NCBI RefSeq assembly: GCF_006345805.1
Contig: NC_043006.1
Span: forward strand, 13,578,001 to 13,642,000
Direction: 5' to 3'
Length of the DNA stretch: 64,000 bases
DNA from: Octopus sinensis
Taxonomy: Eukaryota
This document shows, one piece after another, positions 12,707 to 25,302 of this stretch. The notes below the pieces were generated by a model, which made no database searches, was not told where the DNA came from, and saw only the letters and a list, made by a program, of their open reading frames with translations. Positions within the stretch are counted from its first letter, which is position 1, and every line of letters begins with the position of its first letter. Both the position numbers and the translations under genes were made by a program.

Positions 12707-13294
12707 ATAATACGTGTCTGCATGTAGTAATTGTGTGTAGATTGAAGCTGGAGTGTGAAAATGTGCATTTGTGTGTGTGTGTGTGTGTGCAAAATACGTG
12801 TCTGCATGTAGTAATTGTGTGTAGATTGAAGCTGGAGTGTGAAAATGTGCATTTGTGTGTGTGTGTGTGTGTGTGCAAAATACGTGTCTGCATGTAGTAA
12901 TTGTGTGTAGATTGAAGTTGGTGTGTGAAAATGTGCATTTGTGTGTGTGTATGTGTGTGTGTGTGTGCAAATACGTGTCTGCATGTAGTAATTGTGTGTA
13001 GATTGAAGTTGGTGTGTGAAAATGTGCATTTGTGTGTGTGTGTGTGTGTGTGTGTGCAAAATACGTGTCTGCATGTAGTAATTGTGTGTAGATTGAAGTT
13101 GGTGTGTGAAAATGTGCATTTGTGTGTGTGTGTGTGTGTGTGTGCAAAATACGTGTCTGCATGTAGTAATTGTGTGTAGATTGAAGCTGGAGTGTGAAAA
13201 TGTGCATTTGTGTGTGTGTGTGTGTGTGTGTGCAAAATACGTGTCTGCATGTAGTAATCGTGTGTAGATTGAAGTTGGTGTGTGAAAATGTGCA

Positions 13295-13327
<33 letters not shown>

Positions 13328-13934
13328 AAAATACGTGTCTGCATGTAGTAATTGTGTGTAGATTGAAGCTGGAGTGTGAAAATGTGCATTTGTGTGTGTG
13401 TGTGTGTGTGTGTGCAAGATACGTGTCTGCATGTAGTAATTGTGTGTAGATTGAAGTTGGTGTGTGAAAATGTGCATTTGTGTGTGTGAGTGTGGTTGTG
13501 TGTGTGTGTGTGTGTGTGTGTGTTCAAAATACGTGTCTGCATGTAGTAATTGTGTGTAGATTGATGTTGGTGTGTGAAAATGTGCATTTGTGTGTGTTTG
13601 TGCAAAATACGTGTCTGCATGTAGTAATTGTGTGTAGATTGAAGTTGGTGTGTGAAAATGTGCATTTGTGTGTGTGTGTGTGTGTGTCTGTGTGTGTGCA
13701 AAATACGTGTCTGCATGTAGTAATTGTGTGTAGATTGAAGCTGGAGTGTGAAAATGTGCATTTGTGTGTGTGTGTGTGTGTCTGTGTGTGTGCAAAATAC
13801 GTGTCTGCATGTTGTAATTGTGTGTAGATTGAAGTTGGTGTGTGAAAATGTGCATTTGTGTGTGTGTGTGTGCAAAATACGTGTCTGCATGTAGTAATTG
13901 TGTGTAGATTGAAGTTGGTGGTTGAAAATGTGCA

Positions 13935-13969
<35 letters not shown>

Positions 13970-14500
13970 AAAATACGTGTCTGCATGTAGTAATTGTGTG
14001 TAGATTGAAGTTGGTGTGTGAAAATGTGCATTTGTGTGTGTGTGTGTGTGTGCAAAATACGTGTCTGCATGTAGTAATTGTGTGTAGATTGAAGTTGGTG
14101 TGTGAAAATGTGCATTTGTGTGTGTGTGTGTGTGGTGTGTGTGTGTGCAAAATACGTGTCTGCAGGTAGTAATTGTGTGTAGATTGAAGCTGGTGTGTGA
14201 AAATGTGCATTGTGTGTGTGTGTGTTGTGGTGTGTGTGTGTGCAAAATACGTGTATGCATGTAGTAATTGTGTGTAGATTGAAGCTGGAGTGTGAAAATG
14301 TGCATTTGTGTGTGTGTGTGTGTTGTGTGTGGTGTGTTGTGTGGTGTGCAAAATACGTGTCTGCATGTAGTAATTGTGTGTAGATTGAAGTTGGTGTGTG
14401 AAAATGTGCATTTGTGTGTGTGTGTGTGTGTGTGTGTGTCTAAGATACCTGTCTGCATGTAGTAATTGTGTGTAGATTGAAGCTGGTGTGTGAAAATGTG

Positions 14501-14541
<41 letters not shown>

Positions 14542-15279
14542 AAGATACGTGTCTGCATGTAGTAATTGTGTGTAGATTGAAGTTGGTGTGTGAAAATGTG
14601 CATGTGTGTGTGTGTTGTGTGTGTGTGTGTTTATGTGTGTGTGTGTGTGTGCAAAATACGTGTCTGCATGTAGTAATTGTGTGTAGATTGAAGCTGGAGT
14701 GTGAAAATGTGCATATGTGTGGTGTGTGTGTGTGTGTGTGTGTGTGTGCAAAATACGTGCCTGCATGTAGTAATTGTGTGTAGATTGAAGCTGGAGTGTG
14801 AAAATGTGCATGTGTGTGTGTGTGTGTGTTGTGTGTGTGTGTGTGTGTGTGTGCAAAATACGTGTCTGCATGTAGTAATGTGTGTAGATTGAGTTGGTGT
14901 GTGAAAATGTGCATGTGTGGTGTGGTGTGTGTGGTGCAAAATACGTGTCTGCATGTAGTAATTGTGTGTAGATTGAAGCTGGTGTGTGAAAATGTGCATT
15001 TGTGTGTGTGTGTGTGTGTGCAAAATACGTGTCTGCACGTAGTAATTGTGTAGATTGAAGTTGGTGTGTGAAAATGTGCATTGTGTGTGTGTGTGGTGTG
15101 TGTGTGGTGTGTGTGCAAAATACGTGTCTGCATGTAGTAATTGTGTGTAGATTGAAGCTGGAGTGTGAAAATGTGCATGTGTGTGTGTGTGTGGTGTGTG
15201 TGTGTGTGTGTGTGTGTGCAAAATACGTGTCTGCATGTAGTAATTGTGTGTAGATTGCAGCTGGAGTGTGAAAATGTGC

Positions 15280-15317
<38 letters not shown>

Positions 15318-15478
15318 AAAATACGTGTCTGCAGGTAGTAATTGTGTGTAGATTGAAGTTGGTGTGTGAAAATGTGCATTTGTGTGTGTGTGTGTGTGTG
15401 CAAAATACGTGTCTGCATGTAGTAACTGTGTGTAGATTGAAGTTGGAGTGTGAAAACGTGCATATGTGTGTGTGTGTG
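5397..15478. repeat. ~10-kb tandem satellite: conserved 45-65 bp core alternating with variable (TG)n
   Basis: Core CAAAATACGTGTCTGCATGTAGTAATTGTGTGTAGATTGAAG(C/T)TGG(T/A)GTGTGAAAATGTGCAT; roughly 110-120 units (estimated from length, not counted). Confidence 0.98.
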
Positions 15479-15559
15479 AGAGAGAGAGAGAGAAACTGCG
15501 AATCAAAAGAGTAGCAGCAATAATTTGTGCCTCGCTTTCTCACGTGTCGTGAACTGAAA

Positions 15560-15847
15560 GATTAGTTGGAAGTTGATCTGGTTTCATTATCGACGGTCAT
15601 CACTGGTGATGATAGCTGGTGCTACAGAAATCTGCAGATGTGGAAAACTAGAAGAAGAAAAAAAACGACGGAGGCGTTAAAAGGCATCACTTCGTAATAG
15701 TTCGAACAGTGGAAAATGCGTCTGGACCGATGCATTGCTTCGAATGGAGAATACTTTGAAGAAGGTGATAGAAGTGAAACATGAAAAACTAAGTGAATAA
15801 AATAACATTGCAAAATTCTGGTTTCGTTTTGGGTGTCCCCTCGTATA
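15560..15847 (+). mobile_element. Mariner transposon relic (internally deleted) with 3' TIR end
   Basis: VITGDDSW (first catalytic D motif), C-terminal QWKMRLDRCIASNGEYFE, terminus TTTTGGGTGTCCCCTCG-TA. Confidence 0.75.
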
Positions 15848-16052
15848 CTCTTTTACTCTTTTACTCGTCTCAGTCATTTGACTGCGGCCATGCTGGAGCA
15901 CCGCCTTTAGTCGAGCAAATCGACCCCGGGACTTATTCTTTGTAAGCCCAGTACTTATTCTATCGGTTTCTTTTGCCGAACCGCTAAGTGACGGGGACGT
16001 AAACACACCAGCATCGGTTGTCAAGCAATGCTAGGGGGACAAACACACACAC

Positions 16053-16092
<40 letters not shown>

Positions 16093-16263
16093 ATATATAC
16101 GACAGGCTTCTTTCAGTTTCCGTCTACCAAATCCACTCACAAGGCATTGGTCGGCCCGGGGCTATAGCAGAAGACACTTGCCCAAGATTCCACGCAGTGG
16201 GACTGAACCCAGAACCATGTGGTTGATTAGCAAGCTACTTACCATACAGCCACTCCTGCGCCT
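15847..16263 (-). mobile_element. SINE family B
   Basis: Full-length copy highly similar to 4195-4599. Confidence 0.9.
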
Positions 16264-16854
16264 ATATATATATACGAGTGTACATTTGTGTGTGTGCGTG
16301 TGTATGTGTGTCTTTGTTTCTGTCTCCAAGTTTTGTGACAGTCACTTTTGAAATTTGTGCATATTGCTTTGGTTATGGGAGCGATTGACTAAGACTTCTT
16401 ACTTCACTCGTATAAATCCATTGAGACATCTAACATCTCTCTCTTATTCAGTATTTCTCGAATATATTATACGATATAAAATGTCACCAGATATAAAAGA
16501 TATTTTTGTCATTGATAAAATGCATTGACATCAACTTTATGTGAATGTGCTTAGTTTCTGCTATATATAATGTCTATTTATATTTTGCCACCGTTTCTGC
16601 TGCCATTCTTTGTGAATAATGAAAACTTTTATCGTATTGCATATAATGACGTTCATATTCACACCTGTCATTCGGTAGTCATTCTGTCTGCTGTATTTTA
16701 AATATTTTATTGGAATCAATGAATATTTCGTGACTCCAATCTTTAGGTGTTAACGTTTTATCCTTTGTAAGAATTACGAAACTTTCATGCGATGATTAAT
16801 TTGGAATAGTGAAGTCTTGGAACATCTTTAGCAACTTCAATTCTGGTGAGATGC

Positions 16855-16911
16855 ATAGAATAGAATAGAATAGAATAGATAGAAAGATAAGTAGATAGCT
16901 AGCTAGCTAGC

Positions 16912-16942
<31 letters not shown>

Positions 16943-16955
16943 CAGATAGATAGAG

Positions 16956-17012
<57 letters not shown>

Positions 17013-17167
17013 CAGAGAGAGTGAGAGAGAGAGAAAGATAGTCATACATACACATACATACATACACATACAGTTAGATAGATAGATAGAGAGAGAGAGA
17101 CAGAGAGAGACAGACAGACAGACAGACTGACAGACAGACAGACAGATAGTCAGACAGACAGACAGAC

Positions 17168-17220
<53 letters not shown>

Positions 17221-17255
17221 AGCAAACAGACAGACAGATAGATAGGCAGACAGAC

Positions 17256-17339
<84 letters not shown>

Positions 17340-17340
17340 G
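16855..17340. repeat. (GATA)n/(GACA)n compound tetranucleotide microsatellite
   Basis: Direct inspection. Confidence 0.97.
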
Positions 17341-17685
17341 AATTTGAGTACCTTGCATCACTTTGCTCCACGCAAACACTAAAAAGAATGAACTACCGAT
17401 CAGTGGTAAGTTATTGTAGCAGCCTGAACGAGTAAAAAGCTCGTATTTGTTCAGCTGTGGATTACTATATCCATTTTCTACATATTCTCCGTAGATATCA
17501 TTGTTACATCACATTGTTCCAGCCCGATGTCTTTGAACACCTAACCAATCGCTTCTCTATTGACAATGTAAATATTGTGCTTTTGGTATTTGGTGGAGAG
17601 CAAGAGGATTTAGACCTTTAGATACACAGACACGAGAATCTATTTACTTCACAATCTTTAGTCTACACTGAATATGAAGACGAAT

Positions 17686-18118
17686 GAAAATGGAGTTCCT
17701 AGCAATGGCTTCTGGAGTAACGTTACTCGATATGGTATGTTGTTAGGAGTCTTTCCAGGTCCAGCTGCTATTTCTCCGCATTCAGAGGTCACCACAGCTC
17801 CGGTATTAGAATACTACAGAAAAGACTCGCAAAACGGATTCTTCAAGCCGAGCCAGTTGGTAGGAGACCCGGAGGTTAGACGAAGAACAAGATGCTTGGA
17901 TAATATCCATAGTCTCGGCTGCGCATAAAAATACAACCGGAAAGTGTTATGAGGATTGCTTCTGATAGGACTCTATGGGATAGATTCCTCGAGACCCTGC
18001 CCCGCGCCAAGGCTCTTTAGGAATAGCGGACAGAAATGTATGTATGTATGTATGTATGTATGTATGTATGTATGTATGTATGTATGTATGTATGTATGTA
18101 TGTATGTATGTATGTATA
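17686..18118 (+). pseudogene. RTE-clade LINE 3' fragment with (TATG)n tail
   Basis: Frameshifted MEFLAMASGVTLLD..LRIQRSPQLRY..KRLAKRILQAEPVGRRP..RTRCLDNI..ASDRTLWDRF, matching the RTE C-terminal pattern; followed by (TATG)n. Confidence 0.75.
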
Positions 18119-18119
18119 T

Positions 18120-18677
18120 GTCAGGTCACTTTCGAGTGAGTTCTACTAGTAACATGTAACCCAGTACAACCTGTTGCATGGTCGGGTCGTCGGCGACTAA
18201 ACAGGCAACCCCATCAAGCTTGCTTGGTGAGGAGGGTGTTTATTGGACACCCTGCGGGATGAAAAACAAAACCCGTCAAAGGGCGGAGGAACTCTTGAGA
18301 GTCAACGGCCATCCAATAAATGCCTCAAGGCTGTATCATGCGTGGAGACATAGAAATAATCGGACTGAATACCCGATCGCGCGATTAAACCATTCGGAGT
18401 GAAGGACTCCTAGCCTTTGTTAGGGCATCCTTCTAGGAGAAGGTAATTCAGGTAACTGGGATAACTCCGACATAAAGCCTGCGGCTCAGTGGTTACCGAT
18501 GATGTTGACTTGTTCTTCTTTTCGGATTATGGTTGCTGTTGCTTAGTGAGAGGGATTGACTCAGTGCACAGCCTTTCCTCACTTTAAAAAAAATCTTTTT
18601 GCACAGGCATTGCACGATAACAACATTGATTAAGCTTCGTGCAATGGCAATACTCGATAACGAGGGGGCAGCCACCA
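18120..18677 (+). mobile_element. Unassigned interspersed-repeat-like segment, possibly a LINE 5' UTR
   Basis: GC-richer and hairpin-rich, bounded by (TATG)n on both sides; CTAGGAGAAGG motif recalls RTE 5' UTRs (from memory). Confidence 0.3.
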
Positions 18678-18770
18678 TGTATGTATGTATGTATGTATGT
18701 ATGTATGTATGTATGTTGTATGTATGTATGTATGTATGTATATATGCATGTATTTATGTATGCATATATG

Positions 18771-18828
<58 letters not shown>

Positions 18829-19033
18829 ATATATATATATAATATAAATTAGAGATAAAACCACTACTATGCAACTCATTTTATTGATCATTCATTTTTA
18901 TACTTGTTGAAATCTAGTTATATGTTTTATAAAATTATATTTTATATATTTATATTGTGAAATTTGATTTAATGCTAAATTGAATTTTTCCCTGTAAGTT
19001 TGGAGTTATACTCCCTAATATTATTATTATTAT

Positions 19034-19116
<83 letters not shown>

Positions 19117-19704
19117 TAGCAAATGAAAGACGGAAGATGGAATATACGAGAATATATGATTAATTACAACAATTGTTTCGACAAATCTAGCATCGATTCG
19201 TCTTAGGTGGGACACTCAACAACTGGTTCAGGAGCATTCAGTGGTGCAGATGTATCTCGTCGGGTGACAAATAAATTAAATACAACTCGTTTAAATGACT
19301 GTTCCACAGTGTAAGTCTCCGTTTTGTAGAAAGAAAAGCAGCCAGACGGAGGAAATATCTACATTTATATAGAAGATCAAAAATAAAATCACAGATGGCA
19401 AAAAGAGATACGAACACGCAAACCAGCAAGAAAAGTACTAAAAATAACCGTAAACAGATATGGATATTTAAACGCTCTCGGGCAAGGTCCATGGTGCGAG
19501 TTAACTCGCTCATACAAGCATCCGCAAAAATGTGATCATACGCACTCGTAAGGTTTGGTGCACTCATGATCACAAAACGAGTTAGTTATCTACTTGATAC
19601 TTATAAGAATGAAGAGGGGGGGGTTAAAGTAAACTTAAGTTATCCATACCTTAAAGTAAATTAAGTTAAGTTAACGGTTACTCAAAATTCATTCTCACTG
19701 CATT

Positions 19705-20330
19705 GTGGGAAAGTACATTACCTTCGTGCGACCAGGTCAGCGGATCCGTTTCAAGAAGAAGACCAAGAAACTTCTTGAGAAAAATGAAAAGTGGAACGGC
19801 TATTGGGAGGTAACTGCAGATTTACCTGGGTGCCAGGTTTTCTTTCCCATCCCAGTTTCGAAAAAACAAGATATTTTGATGTGGTGTGAAAGAAAGAAAG
19901 TTGTAAATATAGTCGAGCTAACGGTTCCTCACGAAGATAATATGGACGCCGCTCGGGCTCGAAAATTGAACCGTTATGAAAACCTCCTCGAGGAATGTGA
20001 AGACGCAGGCTGGAAAGCGGAACGTTTTCCTATCGAAGTCGGATGTAGAGGGTTTGTAGGACACAGCGTGAGACGACTGTTGTTATCGCTTGGCCTAACT
20101 CGTCGTAAAGTCAATACCACAATGACTGATATCCAATCTACAGTGGAGAAGGCTAGCCACTGGATTTGGTTAAAAAGAGACGATGAGCGATGGCTAGAAG
20201 TATATTGAGTTCTTCATAACCAGCTGATGTAGCAAGCAGGGGCCTCATATCAGTGAGGGGGGCCGGTGCGCATTGATGCCGTCGAGAGGTAGGCCCCGAA
20301 ACGGCGCGCATTCTCTCCTGATGACCCCAT
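19705..20330 (+). pseudogene. HERO-clade non-LTR retrotransposon, restriction-like endonuclease domain and 3' UTR
   Basis: IVELTVPHEDN..RKLNRYENL..GWKAERFPIEVGCRGF..EKASHWIWLKR..W; stop at 20208 followed by a structured tail. Confidence 0.8.
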
Positions 20331-20337
20331 ACACTTG

Positions 20338-21450
20338 CTAGCTTCCGATATACGGAGCTTTTAACTGGTAGCACTTGCATGTGCAAGTTGTTTGCAAGAC
20401 GACATTATATGCATGTAAGCATCTCGAGTGTCGTTCAGAAATTCTATTAATTATCTTCTCGTTAGTCCACAGAATAGAAATGGATTCCTCACACCAGAGA
20501 CGACATCTGGAAATTATATTGTATGGTTTCATATGCCTTACTATGGACCAATTAATGCTGTACTTTGTTTTATCCGCCTTCAGTCGCCGTACAAAATCTG
20601 CCAAAGATGTTGAATGTCTCTTATTGATTGCCTTAAAGCTGGCAACATGGCTAAAATAACGATTCTTAAATAAATCAGCCTCCTGCCCAATGTAAATATA
20701 GGGCCCTCCCCTTGTGTGCACGGTACATTTATATACAAGATTTGTACTCATACAGAGATACATCAAAGGACATATTGATTTTTCTATGCATAAGCATTTA
20801 TCATATTTATTTGTATATAAGGCAGTCCCGACTCCATTTACCGGAGTTGTTACCGTGCTAGCTATATCATAAGTATTTCTGCTACTACAAATTGGTCGTA
20901 GTTGGTGTTTATCAATGCAGTTTACATCTCCTTGGTTGGTATTTAGATGCAAACGTTCGCTAGATACAGTAGGTGGGTTATTTTGCTACTGTTTATGCGA
21001 TGTATAACCTGCTCTAAATTAACAGAGTTGGCATAGGATACCTTCATGGAGCATCGGTTAAAAATAGCATGAGACCGATTAGATTTAGGAAAGCACTTGT
21101 CCAAAGCAGCAAAACATTTTCCAGTGATCTTGATTGGAATATGTAAACCGAAAATCGGGTGGAACAAGAAGACATCCTGATTCCTATATTTGTTGTTAGG
21201 CTTATTTGATCGAGTGTGTTGCACAGGATTGGAGCAAGCAATTGAATTATTATGTTTTGAAGGATTGAATTGAAGGCTTCATTGTTAAGAGGGTTGTGTG
21301 TGAAGATGTATGGAAGGGCTTTTGGTTGTAAATCCTTCTTTAATTTGGGATGTCTGAGTTCTTGGATGTTGAGTTGTAGGGCACGTTGAAAGCATTTGTC
21401 AGTTAGTGAAGGTGGGTAGTTTCTGGTGATGAGTGAATCCTTTAGTTCAT
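20338..21450 (-). pseudogene. Penelope-like element fragment: thumb/linker plus GIY-YIG endonuclease (Neptune/Naiad-like)
   Basis: VYKCTV..YIGQ..FKNRYFSH..F..RHSTSL..YSINWSIV..CRLWCEE..IN..E..CLH, and upstream F.HP.F..GK.F..LDKCFPK..IFNR..KVSY. Confidence 0.85.
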
Positions 21451-21530
21451 GTAGTGGTTAAGAGGAGTGCGGGTTACTAACCACAAGTTTCCTAGTTCGA
21501 TTTCAGGCAGTGACCTGCATACTGCTACTG

Positions 21531-21602
<72 letters not shown>

Positions 21603-21643
21603 ATAATAATAAAATAATATAATAATAATAATAATAATAATAA
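21451..21643 (+). mobile_element. Short tRNA-head SINE-like sequence with (CTA)n/(TAA)n tail
   Basis: GTAGTGGTTAAG..GTTCGATTTCAGGC resembles A/B boxes; followed by trinucleotide arrays. Confidence 0.5.
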
Positions 21644-24032
21644 CTCGCATCGCTCCCGTGCGCACACGGTAAGCTAGTTCAGCTGCTCAATGGAATTTTG
21701 AGAGACCCAAAGAAAACACCTGAATGGTTAGCAAGTGGCATTACTTACCTACTCCCAAAAAATAACGAAACCAACCTTCCAAAAAACTATCGGCCTATAA
21801 CCTGTCTATCCACCACGTATAAAATCCTAACATCTATCCTGGCGGAGAAAACATATGCATTCATGGAGAAGAACGATATTTTCCCCATTGAACAAAAAGG
21901 GTGCCGCCGAGGCTCTTACGGATGCAAAGATCAACTGCTAATCAATCGTATGATCCTTGAGAACTGTCACAACAAGCGCAGAAATCTCAGCACCGCATGG
22001 ATTGACTATAAAAAGGCCTTCGACAGTATACCGCATCCATGGATCTTGAGATCGCTGGACATCTTTAAAATTTCCCCTGTGATTTCAAACTTCCTGAAGC
22101 ACAATATGTCGTTGTGGAATACGATCTCCAATTATACCACTCTAATGGAGTACTTGCCTCAGAAAATATAAACATCAACTGTGGAATTTTTCAAGGTGAC
22201 TCACTTTCACCTTTAATATTCTGCATAGCCCTAATACCCCTTACAAGTGAATTAAACAGAACAGGGTATGGGTATAAAATTGCCAATAAAAAAATAAGCC
22301 ATCTATTTTATATGGATGACTTAAAACTGTATGGTAAAGACAATAATGAACTTGAAGCCTATTGCGCACCGTGAAAGCATTCAGCGATGACATCGAGATG
22401 GAGTTTGGACTTGAGAAGTGTGCCAAGGCCACTTTCCAGAAAGGGAAAGTGAAGACCACAAATTCAGTCGTGTTAGATGTTGACACAGTCATAAGAGAGC
22501 TTGAGCAAGAACAGACATACAAATATTTAGGGATAAATGAAGGCTCTGGTATTCAGCATGCAAGCATGAAAGAGAAAATCAGGAAGGAATGTTATAGGAG
22601 AGTTCGTGCAGTCCTGAAATCTGAACTAAATGCACGTAACAAGGTGTTAGCTATAAATTCCTTAGCAGTTCCAGTTGTTACTTATAGCTACAATGTGTTG
22701 AACTGGAATATGAGTGAAGTAAAGAATATAGATAGAAAATACGCAAGCTGCTGAGTTGTAATAGGATGCACCACCCAAAGGCAGACGTAGATCGCCTTTA
22801 CCTTCCCAGAGCCCAAGGAGGTCGAGGCCTGATCCAATTTGAACTAGCTTACAAAACAACCACAATTGGACTGGCCAAATATCTCGAAATATCGAATGAC
22901 TGGATGCTAAAGCTCGTGGAAAATCACGAGAGACGAAAGAAGCTTCATTCTATCATCAAGGAAAGCAAAAACGTTGCTATTGATCTCGTCGTGCAGGATC
23001 CCAAACTGAACAACCCGAGGTAAGTACGGCAACTATTGTTGCAAAGAAGGTGAAAATGATGGCAATGAAGAAAGCGCACGAGCAATTGGCTGATAGGTGG
23101 GAGGAGAAACCTCTGCACGGCAAATATGTGACCCGCAGCAAACAAGCTGATGTTGACCAGAAGCAAACCCATCAGTGGCTGCGGAGCTCAGGGCCTAAAG
23201 CAGAGAGCGAAGGTTTCATCCTGGCTGCTCAAGACCAAAGCCTATTAACCCGGAACTACCAGCCAATGTGATGAAAAATGGAGCAGACCCAAAATGCCGA
23301 TTCTGCAACGACATGATTGAAACAGTGGACCACCTAATCTCTGATGTAAAGTCTTAGCACCAGTGGAGTATAAATTAAGACATGACAGAGTTGGCCAATA
23401 TCTCCACTGGCTAATAAGTCGGCATTACAATATCAAAACTGCCGACAAGTGGTATAATCACCACCCTGAGGCTGTAACTGAAGGAGAAAATGTAACCATT
23501 CTGTGGGACTTTCCAGTACATACAGACCGAACCATCAAGGCCAATAAACCAGATATTGTTGTGAAAGACCAAAACAATAAAGTTTGCTTATTGATCTACA
23601 TGAGCATCCCCTGTGATCATAATATCTCAGCGAAAGAGTTTGACAAGCTCAGAAAATATAAAGACCTACTCATTGAAATTGAGAAAATGTGGCATCTCAA
23701 GGCGGTTACAATACCAGTGATCGTAGGAGCACTAGGAATGATCAAGAAGGGAACCGAAAATTATATGAGAATGATCCCTGGCTTACCATCCCTGCAAGAA
23801 GTGCAAAAGATTGTCTTAACTGGTACATCACACGTATTGAGAAGAGCATTGTCGATGTGAGAGCTGTTGCTGCTCATGTATTTTAATTTAAGTTTAAAAA
23901 AAAAAAAAAAAATGAACGAACTATTGAGTTTGGTTTAATGGCCTACCAATATACACTATGAGTTTCTTTGCCCTAGGAGTCGGGAAGACACTCGGCAAGA
24001 AATGGAAGAAAATTTGAAAGAAGAAAAAAAAG
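21644..24032 (+). pseudogene. R4/Dong-clade non-LTR retrotransposon, 5'-truncated and frameshifted, inserted in (TAA)n
   Basis: RT motifs NYRPITCL, EQKGCRRGSYGCKDQL, WIDYKKAFDS, GIFQGDSLSPL, LFYMDDLKL; CCHC knuckle C..C..ETVDH; RLE ANKPDI..KY.DL..IPVIVGALG; TAA repeats on both flanks. Confidence 0.93.
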
Positions 24033-24070
24033 TAATAATAATAATAATAATAATACTAATAATGATGATG

Positions 24071-24108
<38 letters not shown>

Positions 24109-24439
24109 TTCAACAACTACATCAGTAATAATAGTAATAACATCGAAAAATACATGAGGAATGAGAACCCAGGCTGGAGGGTATATCTCCCCTTACATAC
24201 ATACATACATACATAAATACATAAATACATACAAATATACATACACACACACACACCACACACACACATACACACACATATATATATATATATACATACA
24301 TATAAATGTGTGTTTATAAAGAGAGATAGAGAAAGAGACATAATATTCATAGTCGCTGCAGCATAGTGTTAGCTAAGATTTTGTTTAAGTGTACGTTATA
24401 GGAACGATACGAATCACTTACTGTATCAGTAATTTAGCA

Positions 24440-24476
24440 GATGATAGATAGATAGAGAGATAGACAGACAGATAGA

Positions 24477-24563
<87 letters not shown>

Positions 24564-24688
24564 GTAGGTAGATAGACAGACAGACAGACAGACACATACA
24601 CACATACATGCATACATGCATACATACATACATACATACATACATACATGCATACATACATACATACACACATACATACATACATAAA

Positions 24689-24722
<34 letters not shown>

Positions 24723-24800
24723 CATACATACATACATGCATGCATACATACATACATACATACATACATACATACATACATACATACATACATACATACA

Positions 24801-24830
<30 letters not shown>
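24440..24830. repeat. (GATA)n/(GACA)n/(CATA)n microsatellite
   Basis: Direct inspection. Confidence 0.97.
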
Positions 24831-24831
<1 letters not shown>

Positions 24832-25302
24832 GTACGTACATAATTTCATAGAAAACAACATTCGATAAACTTTGAATGTTTTTGCTGGAAGACATGAATA
24901 TTCTTTCCACAATAATTTTTATTTTTGCGAACACAAGTTTTACGAGAGTACTTAAGAGAAAATTTAAGAAATAGGTGCATGCAATAAAGTTTGTACTTAT
25001 ATATATAGCTGCTTTTTGTTTTAGCTGTTATTTTGTATTGCTTCCTGAAATCAGAAAGTATACATACACATATAACAAGGTGTCTTCGAAATATTGATTG
25101 CCATTTTAATTAGATTTGTTGTATATCACATGTAATAAACTGACGGGAATATGCAAGTAAAAAGGTAGGAATTTTCACTTAAGGATAATACGTCCGCCAG
25201 CGATCTAGATACTAATTTAACCCAACCGTGCCATTCTGTAGTTGAAGTATTCTGTTTCTTTTACGATTTGACAGCCAAAAAAAAAAAAATGCTCAATCAG
25301 TT

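Noticed and set aside
5397-15478. CRISPR-like repeat-spacer array
   Set aside because: Spacers are all (TG)n rather than unique sequence, the core is too long and non-palindromic, there are no cas genes, and the context is eukaryotic
5041-15543. Giant His/Thr-rich (minus) and Cys/Val-rich (plus) ORFs up to 2721 aa
   Set aside because: All three minus frames are open only because the satellite unit lacks stop triplets; frames switch freely with (TG)n length, so there is no coding constraint
19238-19573. 111-aa ORF with a hydrophobic stretch (possible GPCR TM1 exon)
   Set aside because: No GN or LAxxD motifs; it lies downstream of the GPCR stop rather than upstream; no recognisable homology
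20278-20328. Hammerhead ribozyme in the HERO 3' UTR
   Set aside because: Core words are in the wrong order and no helix II can form (CCCC against CCCC); kept only as a pseudoknot candidate
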